A stretch of 46,914 nt of DNA from a virus (Duplodnaviria > Caudoviricetes). The notes beneath the pieces were generated by a model. The model saw only the letters and a program-made list of their open reading frames with translations, did not search any database and had not been told where the DNA came from. The stretch covers positions 1 to 46,914 of IMG/VR virus record IMGVR_UViG_3300004213_000011. One strand, given 5' to 3'. The position numbers and the translations under genes are program-made. Shown piece after piece: positions 8,514 to 18,623 of the stretch; position 1 is the first letter of the stretch, and every line of letters begins with the position of its first letter.

Positions 8514-9617
8514 TTATTTTGCTTTTTCAGGATCAAGCGTATATTGTTCACTACAATATATATAACTTACATCGCATTGAACCAATTTTTTAATTTCTTC
8601 TATGGTTTTGCCCGCATCTAAATAACCGGCAATTCTGGCCCGGTTTGAATCTGGAGAGCCGGTGAACAAGGTTTTTTTACCTGTCTTTTTGTAAATATCT
8701 TTAGTATAAGTTACTTTAATATTTTTAACAGAGTTCATTGGCATATTAAATTCCTCCGCTATTTCTTTATCTGTTTTACCTTCGTCCCACATAGCAAACA
8801 TTTTAAATGTTCTTTCCCTGGCTGCGCTTAAAGGTAAAGCTTCTTTCGCGGGCTTAGGGGGCTTTTCTACTTTGGCCGGGGCACTATCAAGGGTTAAGTT
8901 TTTACCATACTCGGTTAAGCTATAAAAACCATCTTGCAAAGCCAATAACCCATCAGAAACAAGACTTTGTAAATTACCTTTAATGCTGGTTAATGCTTTC
9001 CCTATACTCGTCGCAATCATTATATCTGTATATCCAAAATCTATGGTTTTCAGCTTTTCAACTATAAGCCCTTTAGTAGCATTTAGTTTGATAGGGGTTA
9101 CCGTTACAACTGTTTCTTTTTGTTTTGAAGCGGCTGCTTCTTGTAATTCAAAACCATGCGTAATCTCATTCGCTACATCTTGCTCCATAGGACAAGTTGT
9201 AGATATGTGTTCTAGCGCTTCGGCTTTTACTAGCTCGTTATGGCTATCACTGGAGGAAAACTCCAGTATATCATCAAATGTGCCCTCTTTTACTTCTTCT
9301 TTAATTGGCTCCGCTTTTGGTTGCTCTGTTGCCTCCGCTGCTTTTTTCAGTTCTGCTTGTTCTTCTTGCCATGTTTTAGCTGGGCCAATATATTTATCCA
9401 GGGTAAAAGTGGCGAACTTCCCCTGTACCCTTACCTGCATTTTCTGGACGTTGTCAAGGAACTTTACAAAGGTGGCTTTTTTAGGGTTGGGCACCGTAGT
9501 AAAACGGTCGTCGTTTACCGTTATTAACGCGCCTGGCGTTAGTTTTTCTATTTCGGCTACGGTTGCCGGTGCTATTACTATTGCTGCTTCTGTGGGCGTG
9601 TTATTTGCTTTTTTCAT
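8514..9617 (-). CDS. Multi-HTH DNA-binding protein
   Basis: Winged-helix segment (IATSIGKALTSIKGNLQSLVSDGLL..Y.LTE.GK) and two GKT..EI HTH segments after a charged linker. Confidence 0.6.
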   Translation of the reverse strand: MKKANNTPTEAAIVIAPATVAEIEKLTPGALITVNDDRFTTVPNPKKATFVKFLDNVQKMQVRVQGKFATFTLDKYIGPAKTWQEEQAELKKAAEATEQPKAEPIKEEVKEGTFDDILEFSSSDSHNELVKAEALEHISTTCPMEQDVANEITHGFELQEAAASKQKETVVTVTPIKLNATKGLIVEKLKTIDFGYTDIMIATSIGKALTSIKGNLQSLVSDGLLALQDGFYSLTEYGKNLTLDSAPAKVEKPPKPAKEALPLSAARERTFKMFAMWDEGKTDKEIAEEFNMPMNSVKNIKVTYTKDIYKKTGKKTLFTGSPDSNRARIAGYLDAGKTIEEIKKLVQCDVSYIYCSEQYTLDPEKAK

Positions 9618-9679
9618 TTTTCTTTGTTTTTAAATTGTTTTGTTTAAATTTTTTAATAATAATTACTTAGTGTATACCT

Positions 9680-9946
9680 CTAATTCGTATCTATAAATGT
9701 TTCTTTATATTCTGAAAGAGTAAATCTTTCTATAAATTCTGAATCTATATCACTTTCACTATTGCCATCATATTGCTCAATACAAATACAAGTAAGCAAA
9801 AATGCACCGCTGGCATTATATGCCTTTTGTATATCATTTTCTAAATCTTTTTTATCAGTATAACTATGGCGAAAATATTGATTAAAAAATTTACGATTTT
9901 TTATGTTATCAAAATCATCATAGAGATTAGCAACGAAGTATAACAC
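9680..9946 (-). CDS. Hypothetical early protein
   Basis: 88-aa AT-rich ORF directly after the promoter repeat. Confidence 0.55.
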   Translation of the reverse strand: MLYFVANLYDDFDNIKNRKFFNQYFRHSYTDKKDLENDIQKAYNASGAFLLTCICIEQYDGNSESDIDSEFIERFTLSEYKETFIDTN

Positions 9947-9955
9947 GGCTCCTTT

Positions 9956-10002
9956 TGTTTGGTATATACAAATATACGCAAAAATATTAAATAGGGTGCA
10001 AA
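9956..10002 (-). promoter_or_regulatory. Phage promoter repeat with upstream TTTGCAC
   Basis: Core repeat at 9956-9982; extended similarity to 44815-44880. Confidence 0.85.
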
Positions 10003-10035
10003 TATTTTTGGAGTTTTTTTGAAAATAATGGAAAT

Positions 10036-10064
10036 AAAAAAGCGCACCCGGCCAAAGGTGCGCT
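10036..10064 (-). terminator. Intrinsic terminator ending the late/lysis operon
   Basis: AGCGCACC-TTTGGCCG-GGTGCGCT followed by a T tract. Confidence 0.85.
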
Positions 10065-10124
10065 TCCCAAACAAAGGATTATATTAACAAAGTGTTTATT
10101 TATACGTTATGTTTAAACCTTTGT

Positions 10125-13037
10125 TTAGTTGTTAATGGTAATTACAACGGGTAGCTCTGTTACTGTTAATTTATAAGAACCTTCGATTTGAATAACTTCT
10201 TTTTTCATTTCGTACGACCCCCAAACTACAGTATGCAAGGTGATTGATTTTACACCTGGTAATTGCAAGGTGTAATCTTCAACCCGGCCCACCATATCAG
10301 CAATCCAGGTAGTATAAGTAACATCTCCTACCGTATTTTTAGCAACCTGAACCTTCAAGTGTGTATCGCTTAAACGTTCAACCGGCTTGTGTTTGCCTAT
10401 TTCGGAAACCTGGCGCAGTACATAAGCTGCTGGGCGTATTTCACGCGGGTATTTACTGCCGCCCTTACCGTGGTGGCCCGAAGTCATGTACAGCGTGTCT
10501 GGCGTATCGTAAGCATCCCAAGGAGCGCCGCCCACATCTTCCAGGCTGTAGACATTCATCCGGTATACTCCTAACCACGCACAATGTAAATTAGCTCTCC
10601 ACGTCCACATCGCAATAACTTGCCCAATAGTCCAGGGCTTATTATCTGCTTTGTTAATAATTGATGGAGTTTGTGGGGTAAAAGGGCGTGGCCCGATTTT
10701 AGGAACGCTTTGTACCGATATGGCGGTATCGTAGCCGGTTTCTCCTATTACTACCTGTATAGGATAGCCCACTTCGCGGTGTAAAAAGTCTATCAACTCT
10801 TGCAGGTTCCAAGAGCTCTTTGCATCCATATCTGCCGGAACGCCATAACGGTTGTTGCCCGTGTGTTGTTCGATACCGTTACTGGTAAAGTACTGGTGCA
10901 CAGAAATCTGATGCCCTGGGAAATTAAGTGTCCCATCTGGATTATAGCCCCGATACTTTTTAACCCACTCGATAAACGGAATCCAGAATTTCGGCTGGCT
11001 GGAAGGTACACCCCCAACACAAAACTTCATATTCGGGTCAGCCGTAATGGCGCCCACTCCTGGCCCCATCGTTCCCATGTGTCCATCGAAACAGGCCGAA
11101 GCTTTAGCCGCTAACATTTCCCCATTTAAATATCGTAGCGGGCCATCCCAAGAAGCCGAGTCTTCGTTGCCATTCTCCTTTACATCAATTAAATTTAAAC
11201 CTATCAGCTTGTCGGTAGTCTTAATTATGTCAAGATTAATATTCTTGTTCGATCCATAACGCGCTACGCTTTGAAAATCCATTTCTCCGGCATCCCGATA
11301 AGTGGCTGCAATTTTTCGGTCAGCTATCAGGTATTCGTTAGCCAGCGTAATAAGCTTACCTGTAGAATCTACAGAGTAATAAACATTAGGGTCGTTTTTA
11401 GTACGCAATACATATTCTTTGCCGTCCCAATCATAACACAGTTGAGTACTATGATCTTGAAAGGTAGTAGGCAACTCTTTTGAATAAGGAAAATCTGCGG
11501 CATTTGTAGCGCCGTTGGCCGGGAATGAAGATTTGGTCGGATATACAGCAAAGTTCCCTTTATAAACATGACTGGCATGTTCAGAATCCCTATAGTTTAC
11601 TTTGTCTACATGGCTAACCGGATAACGCTGTAGCAAGTATTTTGGCAAGGCTTTAATAGTTTGCCGTATCTCTACATCTGGATTTGCTTCTTTTGTCTGC
11701 CGGTACGAATCATCTAATCGCCAAAACTCTTGAGTCGGATTAAATTTGTAAACACCGGGTTCAGGGTTTACCTGCGACCAATCTTGGTAATCACGTAAAT
11801 TTTTAGTTCCTAGTATTCGGTTGACATGTTCAGGAATCCTAGTGCCTTTTTTATCGGTAATATCCCAATTACCAAAAAAATCGTAACCATTTAAATCGGA
11901 TGTATTCTGGCGATCAACGGGTAAAAAATCAGGCTTCTGATATTCGTTAAAATCCCCGAAAAACTTCATTTTGCGCGGGAAATTTCCATTATGTATTAAC
12001 AGATCGCTTTTACCCTTACCTTCCGGTATTGCAAATTTCCACCATTGCTTATATTCTTTACCATCGTAATCCGGGCGTCCGGGCTTATCGCTTACTGGCT
12101 TAAAGTGGCTGCCGTCCGGTTGTACAAACACTGTGTAGCCACTGCCGCCGCCTTCGCCATCGTAGTATTCCATGCGCTTGAATACCACATTAGCTTCTTC
12201 AGGTATGGGCCAATAGCTTGCTTTGTCAGGATATGGATTCTGAATACCACTACCAGACGGACAAGCCTTTAACTGCCCGTCCATATTAGCATCAAATAAC
12301 TCGCCGTACTGATGTTGGGAATTACCCTTTTGATGAAACATGTGCATATACAAATGCATTGGTATTTCCTCGTCATAATGCCTTCTACCTGTAGGTTGTG
12401 GCGATGGTTTTGGATTTGGTTTTGTCTCTACTACTGGCACATCTACAACCGGTTCAGGCATTGGCTTCTCGGGTTGTATAACTTCAGGAACTTCTTCCTC
12501 TGGCTTAGTAACAATAGGCGCAGGAGTAGGTTCTGGTGCTTTCTCCTCTTCTACCGGTTTAGGTTGCTCAACTGGTTCAACCGGGGCTGGATTTGGTTCT
12601 TCTACAGGAACAGGAACTTCCGCCTGGGGAGGCGTTTCCGGTTCCGGGGCGGGTTGCTCCGCCGGTGGTGTAGGGTTTGTTGGCCGAGTCACCTCCGGGG
12701 TAGGTGCGGTGGTTTCCTCTTTATCTGGTTTCGGCTTTAGTTGGCCGGGCGCTGTATCTTTACCGGGCTTTGTTTTACCGGCTGTTACCGCCGTCTCTTT
12801 CGCTGGTTTATTCTGCCCCGGTGCATTACCTTTGCCTTTGCCATTGCCGGGATTGTTCTTTTTTGCCATTTCTGTTTTTATATAATTCACGATGTTTCGG
12901 TGAACGACCAAAGTCGGGCCACCTTCCATTATTTGCATTACGTCTCCCTCTGGCGACAAAAATAAGTCCCATAGTGCTGTTGCTTCATTCGCTGGCTTAA
13001 TCTGTTCAAGCCAGAATTCTAAGTTGGGTATTTCCAT
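10125..13037 (-). CDS. Large glycoside hydrolase, clan GH-A-like, with Pro/Glu-rich linker
   Basis: ENGNED acid/base, VHQY and VIGETGYD nucleophile motifs; W..V.PEPGVY.F; long PEP linker. Confidence 0.7.
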   Translation of the reverse strand: MEIPNLEFWLEQIKPANEATALWDLFLSPEGDVMQIMEGGPTLVVHRNIVNYIKTEMAKKNNPGNGKGKGNAPGQNKPAKETAVTAGKTKPGKDTAPGQLKPKPDKEETTAPTPEVTRPTNPTPPAEQPAPEPETPPQAEVPVPVEEPNPAPVEPVEQPKPVEEEKAPEPTPAPIVTKPEEEVPEVIQPEKPMPEPVVDVPVVETKPNPKPSPQPTGRRHYDEEIPMHLYMHMFHQKGNSQHQYGELFDANMDGQLKACPSGSGIQNPYPDKASYWPIPEEANVVFKRMEYYDGEGGGSGYTVFVQPDGSHFKPVSDKPGRPDYDGKEYKQWWKFAIPEGKGKSDLLIHNGNFPRKMKFFGDFNEYQKPDFLPVDRQNTSDLNGYDFFGNWDITDKKGTRIPEHVNRILGTKNLRDYQDWSQVNPEPGVYKFNPTQEFWRLDDSYRQTKEANPDVEIRQTIKALPKYLLQRYPVSHVDKVNYRDSEHASHVYKGNFAVYPTKSSFPANGATNAADFPYSKELPTTFQDHSTQLCYDWDGKEYVLRTKNDPNVYYSVDSTGKLITLANEYLIADRKIAATYRDAGEMDFQSVARYGSNKNINLDIIKTTDKLIGLNLIDVKENGNEDSASWDGPLRYLNGEMLAAKASACFDGHMGTMGPGVGAITADPNMKFCVGGVPSSQPKFWIPFIEWVKKYRGYNPDGTLNFPGHQISVHQYFTSNGIEQHTGNNRYGVPADMDAKSSWNLQELIDFLHREVGYPIQVVIGETGYDTAISVQSVPKIGPRPFTPQTPSIINKADNKPWTIGQVIAMWTWRANLHCAWLGVYRMNVYSLEDVGGAPWDAYDTPDTLYMTSGHHGKGGSKYPREIRPAAYVLRQVSEIGKHKPVERLSDTHLKVQVAKNTVGDVTYTTWIADMVGRVEDYTLQLPGVKSITLHTVVWGSYEMKKEVIQIEGSYKLTVTELPVVITINN

Positions 13038-13039
13038 AT

Positions 13040-13651
13040 TTAAAGCTGTATCATTGCGTTATAAAACTTTTTAGCGGTTACCGCTATTTCTTTAGCCTTA
13101 TTTAAGCCATTTACTACCCTTCTAGCATTAACAAAATCAGTTTTTTGCGTAGTAATAAAATCGCTTAAACTTACACTGGTATACCATCCTTCAACCATAC
13201 CACCAACCAGTAAAAGGGCTGCGTACGGCCTTTGTAAAACCAAGTCGGGGTTGCCGTGAAAATCAACCCCGTAAAGCCTACTAGCGGCCTTGTAGTTTCT
13301 TTCCCAGGTTAATTGTGGCCAACCCCTCCCGTAATAACTATTCCCATTTTTAGCGGGTTTTGCATAGTTGTCCGGTATTCTCCCAGCGTTATATTCTGCG
13401 GTTACTTTTCTTATCGCCTCTTCATTTGTCTTGGCAAAATGCTCTCTTACCGGGTTCCAGTCCGGGTTTTTAGTATAGTGGAAAGCTTCATGCCAGGCGG
13501 TAGCTAAAATATATGCCTGATACCGGTAATCGTATACTTTTCTATCTCTACACTCTTTTAGTATAGTTTGCATCGTGTCAAAAGCGCCAGGGCTTATGTG
13601 GCCCTTGAAAAAGCTCTCCCGAACACTAGCATAGAACAAATACTCGTTCAT
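13040..13651 (-). CDS. Endolysin, GH19 lysozyme-like
   Basis: AYILATAWHE, YYGRGWPQLTW..NY, ARRVVNG. Confidence 0.9.
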   Translation of the reverse strand: MNEYLFYASVRESFFKGHISPGAFDTMQTILKECRDRKVYDYRYQAYILATAWHEAFHYTKNPDWNPVREHFAKTNEEAIRKVTAEYNAGRIPDNYAKPAKNGNSYYGRGWPQLTWERNYKAASRLYGVDFHGNPDLVLQRPYAALLLVGGMVEGWYTSVSLSDFITTQKTDFVNARRVVNGLNKAKEIAVTAKKFYNAMIQL

Positions 13652-14223
13652 TCTGCAACGCCCCTATCAGGGTAGGCAACAAAAGGCGCTTTTTTACTTT
13701 TTTCTGCCTCTAATGCTGCCCTGGCCGCCGGGCACTCTGGCTGGTTTTCTTCTTCTTTATGTGTAATCACAGTCCCCGCTTGGGTTGTGCCGCCCGCTGC
13801 CGGGGCTTGTACCTGTACTGTGGTGTCCTGGCTATCAATATTTACCGGTGCCGGGGTTATAACGGTTGGTTGTTTAAGGCGCTGTTGTAAATAATAGATA
13901 CCGGCAACAAAGGCCAGTATAACTATTGTTTCCTCTACGTCAGGTGGATGAGGTGTTATGTGAAACGGGCTAAACATTACATCATATTTACTGGTAATCC
14001 AAACGAAAAACCATGCGGCAAACGCCCAAATCCTAGCCTGATTAGTTATAGATAATATCCCTGTTGCATTATCTTTGGCCATTTGCTGGTAATTCAAAAC
14101 CAACCAATCAAAAAAACCGGCCACCCATAATATTATAATTAGGGCCGAAATAAAACAAAGTAAAGCCAAAACAACGTATTTCGCTTCACCTAAAAAATCT
14201 ATAATGTCTTTTAATGTTTCCAT
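13648..14223 (-). CDS. Membrane protein, holin/antiholin candidate
   Basis: Three hydrophobic segments; adjacent to the endolysin. Confidence 0.5.
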   Translation of the reverse strand: METLKDIIDFLGEAKYVVLALLCFISALIIILWVAGFFDWLVLNYQQMAKDNATGILSITNQARIWAFAAWFFVWITSKYDVMFSPFHITPHPPDVEETIVILAFVAGIYYLQQRLKQPTVITPAPVNIDSQDTTVQVQAPAAGGTTQAGTVITHKEEENQPECPAARAALEAEKSKKAPFVAYPDRGVAE

Positions 14224-14225
14224 AT

Positions 14226-14807
14226 TTATTTTTTAATTTCAGTTTCTTCTTTTTTATTTTCTATTGCCTGCATTTCGTCTACTAACCCGGCTCCAAACTT
14301 AGTGCGTAATACATATTTTGCAACCGATAACAACACTCCCTTTAAACCTTCGCTTTGCAGCCTTAATTCTGCCATGTGCGACAATATCGCCCGGAACTTA
14401 TCGCCGAAAAGCCAACCAAACAACACATCTCTAATCCAGTGGTATTCTGGGTGTAACTTAACTGCATTGTGTAACAGCGCCATTATGAACACGTCCGATG
14501 CTATAATAGAATGTGTCTTTTTAAACTTAGCCCAGCTAAACGCCTCTCCCTTTGCTTTAGCCACCAAATAACCGTATCTGGCATTGCCAAAGTTCATTAC
14601 CACAAACAGACCAATAGCCAAAGGCTGAAACCAAATCCATTCCGCAAAAAACGCAATGCAAGCCGCAATAAAAGACCCGATTACTTTTAAGGTGAAAAAC
14701 TCTCCAATTTTTAATCCTAAGATAGTAGCAAAGTAATCTTTAATTCCTCCGAATCCCAAGTGCGTAAAAATGCCATTCCAAAAAGTACCGGATATTAATC
14801 TCTTCAT
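14226..14807 (-). CDS. Holin candidate
   Basis: 3-4 TM segments, G...AK.KGE.FS..K loop, charged C-terminus, lysis-cassette position. Confidence 0.65.
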   Translation of the reverse strand: MKRLISGTFWNGIFTHLGFGGIKDYFATILGLKIGEFFTLKVIGSFIAACIAFFAEWIWFQPLAIGLFVVMNFGNARYGYLVAKAKGEAFSWAKFKKTHSIIASDVFIMALLHNAVKLHPEYHWIRDVLFGWLFGDKFRAILSHMAELRLQSEGLKGVLLSVAKYVLRTKFGAGLVDEMQAIENKKEETEIKK

Positions 14808-14865
14808 TTTATGTAAACAACCTTGTCGCTAAATAAAATATTCATCTGCCCTCCGCCCTTGTTTA

Positions 14866-16329
14866 TTACCCGTTTTGTGTTGCTGATGCAATCAAACTAG
14901 TTTCCAGTTCGGCAATCAGAGCATCTATCTGAAACATCTCATAATGTGTTAGATAGCTAAATAGCCCAGCCATTCGTATTTTCCTGGTGCTACCATTAAT
15001 GCTCCCCCTGCCATTACCAATAGTGGCATAACCCAAACCCGTTGCTGTAGAATTAGGCATATAAAAGTTAGTGGGCATGCCATTCTTGGCACCAATGAAA
15101 TGATTAGTGTTTTGGGCGTAGAAATAACGTCCTGCCGCCTGTCCATCCCTATTAGTTGCTGGATAAGATTGAGCACCTAAAGCAAACAAAAATATTCTAG
15201 AATCGTTTTGACTTTTAGATACAAGATAGGCTTTATCATTGCCCATGTCGTATTGCATTCCGTTGTCAAGTCCTGAATCAAGATTATTCCCAGTAATTCT
15301 TACGAACTGAGTGAATTGATGATTAAGAGACTCTAATGCAGTATCAAATCGCAAAGAAACATAAGTGCCGCCAGTCCATCCATCAGGCACCCATGTACCA
15401 GTGTTGACTTCATATATGCAGGCTTGAGCATCCTTAACCGAGTATTTAGACTTAGCAAAAGAGCTGCCTAAAATCACAAAATCTATCAATTTATCCCACA
15501 ATCTTCTTTCTTTAAGTTTCTTAACAAAAGCAGCTATGGCCGCTTGATTTATAGTATCGCCCGTAGCTGTTGCCCAAGCTTCTGCTTCATCTGTTCCGGA
15601 TTGGGGTCCAATATCTGTTATTACCAGAGGCGTGGCTACTTTGGGTGTGCAATCTAGCTCGTTGATGTAGAAGTTAGCGATAAAATCATGGCCAATCTGG
15701 TTTGGGTGGGCACCATCAGTTAGTAGTTGTACTTCCTGTTGTTTTGCGGTCATGGGAGTATGGATGTCGGCTAGAATGGTGCCTTTTACATTAGCCACTT
15801 CAGTAATAGCATTTATGTAGTCTTGGATGTACCAGGGCGAATCCATAAAAACGGGATAATAACCAAAGTAAGGAGTTGCTAGAACTATTGCGCCAGCAGG
15901 CCATCCTTTAATTTGCGTACAATGATCGACAAACTCGTATAGCCGTTTTCTAAAGTTCCACCACGTTGAGGTTGTTTGAGAAGTATCGTTAGTAGATAGG
16001 TTAAAGAATATATATTTATGAGTAGAATCGTATACAGGAACTTCAGAAAACTTTAAGTAATTATCGCTACCGCCTACCGATTCCGGCAAGAAGCCTTTAC
16101 CACCATTGGCTCTGCTGACATATTGACCATTGGCAGCACGAAGTACCTGGAAAATCCATCCTTGATCTAATGTATTAGCATTCGCCCCCGCCATAATGGA
16201 ATCGCCAAATCCGACTAATTTCTTACCTTCTAGAGTTAGGGGTATCCTACTAGCGGATGGTGGCGGTTCGGGGGCAGTACTTATTGCGCTGTTATCACCT
16301 ATTATTGCAACTAACTTTAATAAGCTCAT
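14866..16329 (-). CDS. Tail-associated SGNH/GDSL esterase-domain protein (start revised to MSLLKL)
   Basis: FGDSI, ANGG, STND and DGAHPN blocks; C-terminal beta-rich domain. Confidence 0.8.
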   Translation of the reverse strand: MSLLKLVAIIGDNSAISTAPEPPPSASRIPLTLEGKKLVGFGDSIMAGANANTLDQGWIFQVLRAANGQYVSRANGGKGFLPESVGGSDNYLKFSEVPVYDSTHKYIFFNLSTNDTSQTTSTWWNFRKRLYEFVDHCTQIKGWPAGAIVLATPYFGYYPVFMDSPWYIQDYINAITEVANVKGTILADIHTPMTAKQQEVQLLTDGAHPNQIGHDFIANFYINELDCTPKVATPLVITDIGPQSGTDEAEAWATATGDTINQAAIAAFVKKLKERRLWDKLIDFVILGSSFAKSKYSVKDAQACIYEVNTGTWVPDGWTGGTYVSLRFDTALESLNHQFTQFVRITGNNLDSGLDNGMQYDMGNDKAYLVSKSQNDSRIFLFALGAQSYPATNRDGQAAGRYFYAQNTNHFIGAKNGMPTNFYMPNSTATGLGYATIGNGRGSINGSTRKIRMAGLFSYLTHYEMFQIDALIAELETSLIASATQNG

Positions 16330-16330
16330 G

Positions 16331-18019
16331 TTATACCACTCTTTTTTTAATGCTGAATGAAGATATTTTAACAGGCAAAGGATCTTTGGCCCATATCCAT
16401 ATAATAAAAGGTCCTGACGTAGGTGTTCTAAATACTCTTTTAGGATTTGCAGGGCGAATATTGTTTGAATCAACATTGGTTAGGGCATCATTAGAACTAA
16501 TCACGCCAGGGCTTGCAGCACCCAGTGTAATAAAACCAGTATTGCCTTCTGCATATACAACTTCTACATCATAATCAACATTGGGCTCTAGGGTGATCCT
16601 CTGGGTCATAATCACCGTTCCATTATTTGCGCCATTTGTAGAGGCAATACCAGTAGTATTGTCAATACGCCACGTATCTTGGTATTGGTATGTACCCCAT
16701 CCTGGTACACCACCTGCCACATCGACTATAATTCCATTATCAAAAGAGCTATTTACTATTATTTCCGGATTAGGATTGCCTGATGCTACAGTACTAACAT
16801 TAGTAGTAGCATAAGGACTATCTAGGTAAGTACTGCCGTTACCTACTGCTTTGGCTCGGTAGTAATAAGCGGTTGCAGGTGTTAACCCGGTATGGTTATA
16901 AGTTCCTGCTGTAGTAGCTAGCTGTAGCCAACCGTCCGTTCCGTTCAAAGAATATTCTAGCAGGTAAGAAACCGCATTGCTAACAGTTCCCACTACAATA
17001 TTATTTTGGGTGCTATTAGCATTTGTAGCTGCAATGGTAGGCGCTACTAAAGTGGTACTAGCTACTGCCCCGGTCTTGGCATTGGTTAAAGCAAAATCAC
17101 TATCGGGATAGGTAGTATTTCCTATTGCTTTTACTCGATAATAATAGATAGTTGCAGGAGTTAATCCAGTATGACTAAAACCCCCGGATGTTGTTGCCAG
17201 TGTTTGCCAATTAGTTGCACCATCTAGTGATGATTGAAGTAGATAAGCTGTTGCATTATCTATAGCTCCAATGGTTATATCAATTTGGCTACTATTTAAA
17301 GGCGCCGCCGTAATGGTGGGCATTGCCAATTTGTTAGGATTATTCGGCGCAACAACATCCCCTATCTTATCGGCATGAATCCGAACTGTAGTAGGTTCAA
17401 AGTTAAAGTAAAGGTCATAGTTCCCTGCTTGCAAAGGTTCCCCGCTGGTTAAGTCAGACCGGTAACCAAAATCAAAACTAACCGGGTTTATTCCGTCAGA
17501 AATAAACGGCTGAATGATAACCGATCCGGCTTTGTTGCCTGTTGCTGCTAGTGTAAAACTAACCGGGCTGCTTTGTGTATACACTTGTCGATAATGACCT
17601 AAAACATTGGAAAAAGTAAGAACCGTATCGAAAGCTTCGTCGTAGTTAGCTTCTTTATTGAACTCGTCGTCATTTGGCAGCTCAACACTTATATCATCTA
17701 ACCCCTCTTGTTCAATTACTAAATTATTATCAACATCTACATAAGCCCCGGTTACAAAATGATCTGTTCCGCTTGGGGTCGGTGTTGATTTTGTGTAAGC
17801 TTTTTCACTTGAAAATATTACTGTAGGATCGTTTATTAGCCCCCATTGTATATCTCCTGCGTTAATATTGTTATCGCCTACGTTAAACTGATAACGCTCT
17901 TTCCCATCAATAACTACAACCGTAGTATTTTCTAAAGTACAAGGAACCCACGGCTTATCTGTAATTAATCCTGGCTCTTCGGCTGTTTTATATCTATATT
18001 GCCAATCTGTTAAGGCCAT
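16331..18019 (-). CDS. Minor tail/fibre protein with two fibronectin type III repeats
   Basis: Duplicated Y.L..SL.G...W..LATT....HTGLTPAT.YYYR.KA.GN units; C-terminal N..F..G..W carbohydrate-binding-like domain. Confidence 0.8.
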   Translation of the reverse strand: MALTDWQYRYKTAEEPGLITDKPWVPCTLENTTVVVIDGKERYQFNVGDNNINAGDIQWGLINDPTVIFSSEKAYTKSTPTPSGTDHFVTGAYVDVDNNLVIEQEGLDDISVELPNDDEFNKEANYDEAFDTVLTFSNVLGHYRQVYTQSSPVSFTLAATGNKAGSVIIQPFISDGINPVSFDFGYRSDLTSGEPLQAGNYDLYFNFEPTTVRIHADKIGDVVAPNNPNKLAMPTITAAPLNSSQIDITIGAIDNATAYLLQSSLDGATNWQTLATTSGGFSHTGLTPATIYYYRVKAIGNTTYPDSDFALTNAKTGAVASTTLVAPTIAATNANSTQNNIVVGTVSNAVSYLLEYSLNGTDGWLQLATTAGTYNHTGLTPATAYYYRAKAVGNGSTYLDSPYATTNVSTVASGNPNPEIIVNSSFDNGIIVDVAGGVPGWGTYQYQDTWRIDNTTGIASTNGANNGTVIMTQRITLEPNVDYDVEVVYAEGNTGFITLGAASPGVISSNDALTNVDSNNIRPANPKRVFRTPTSGPFIIWIWAKDPLPVKISSFSIKKRVV

Positions 18020-18020
18020 A

Positions 18021-18620
18021 CTATTGCGGTAAAAATGTTAATGTATTTGTAGTATCGTTATAAATAGTGCCCGTTGGCGTATAGTTATTTAACAAATATA
18101 AGCCTAATCTATCAAACGCCTGTTTTATTGTTAATGGGCTGGCCCCGTAAATGTTTTGTACTGCTAGGGCTGGATTATAAAAATTAAGTGTGTTTTCGGT
18201 TATTGTTGCCCCCGGCATACCTGGGTCGCCTTTCGGGCCTGGTACTGTGCTTGCGGCCCCCGGTTGGCCGGGCACACCTTGTAAGCCCCTAAAGTACTCA
18301 ATAAACTGCTCATTTGTACCACCTGGGTTTTGGCTCAACCACCATTCAAATAAATCCAGTCCTCTCGGGCCTGGCGGGCCTTGTTCCCCCACTCCGGGCG
18401 CTCCCGGCAAGCCTTGATCTCCTGGCCGTCCCGGTTCGCCGGGCGGGCCTTGCTGCCCTTCAACACCGGGCGGGCCTTGCTGCCCTTGCTTAGAAACTAA
18501 AACAAAATCTACTTTATAAGTAACATCGGTTTGCGGGTCGTAAACAGCAAACTGCATTCCATCAGTTACTATGCCTTTAGCCGGTAAATCAGGTATCCTT
18601 AAATCCAATTCGTCTGCCAT
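18021..18620 (-). CDS. Collagen-like tail fibre protein
   Basis: Gly-X-Y runs interrupted by a ..WL..N.GGT.EQF motif. Confidence 0.85.
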   Translation of the reverse strand: MADELDLRIPDLPAKGIVTDGMQFAVYDPQTDVTYKVDFVLVSKQGQQGPPGVEGQQGPPGEPGRPGDQGLPGAPGVGEQGPPGPRGLDLFEWWLSQNPGGTNEQFIEYFRGLQGVPGQPGAASTVPGPKGDPGMPGATITENTLNFYNPALAVQNIYGASPLTIKQAFDRLGLYLLNNYTPTGTIYNDTTNTLTFLPQ

Positions 18621-18623
18621 TAT

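Noticed and set aside
14866-18019. Diversity-generating retroelement or invertible tail-fibre cassette
   Set aside because: No reverse transcriptase or invertase, and no template/variable repeat pair seen; the only repeat is the Fn3 duplication
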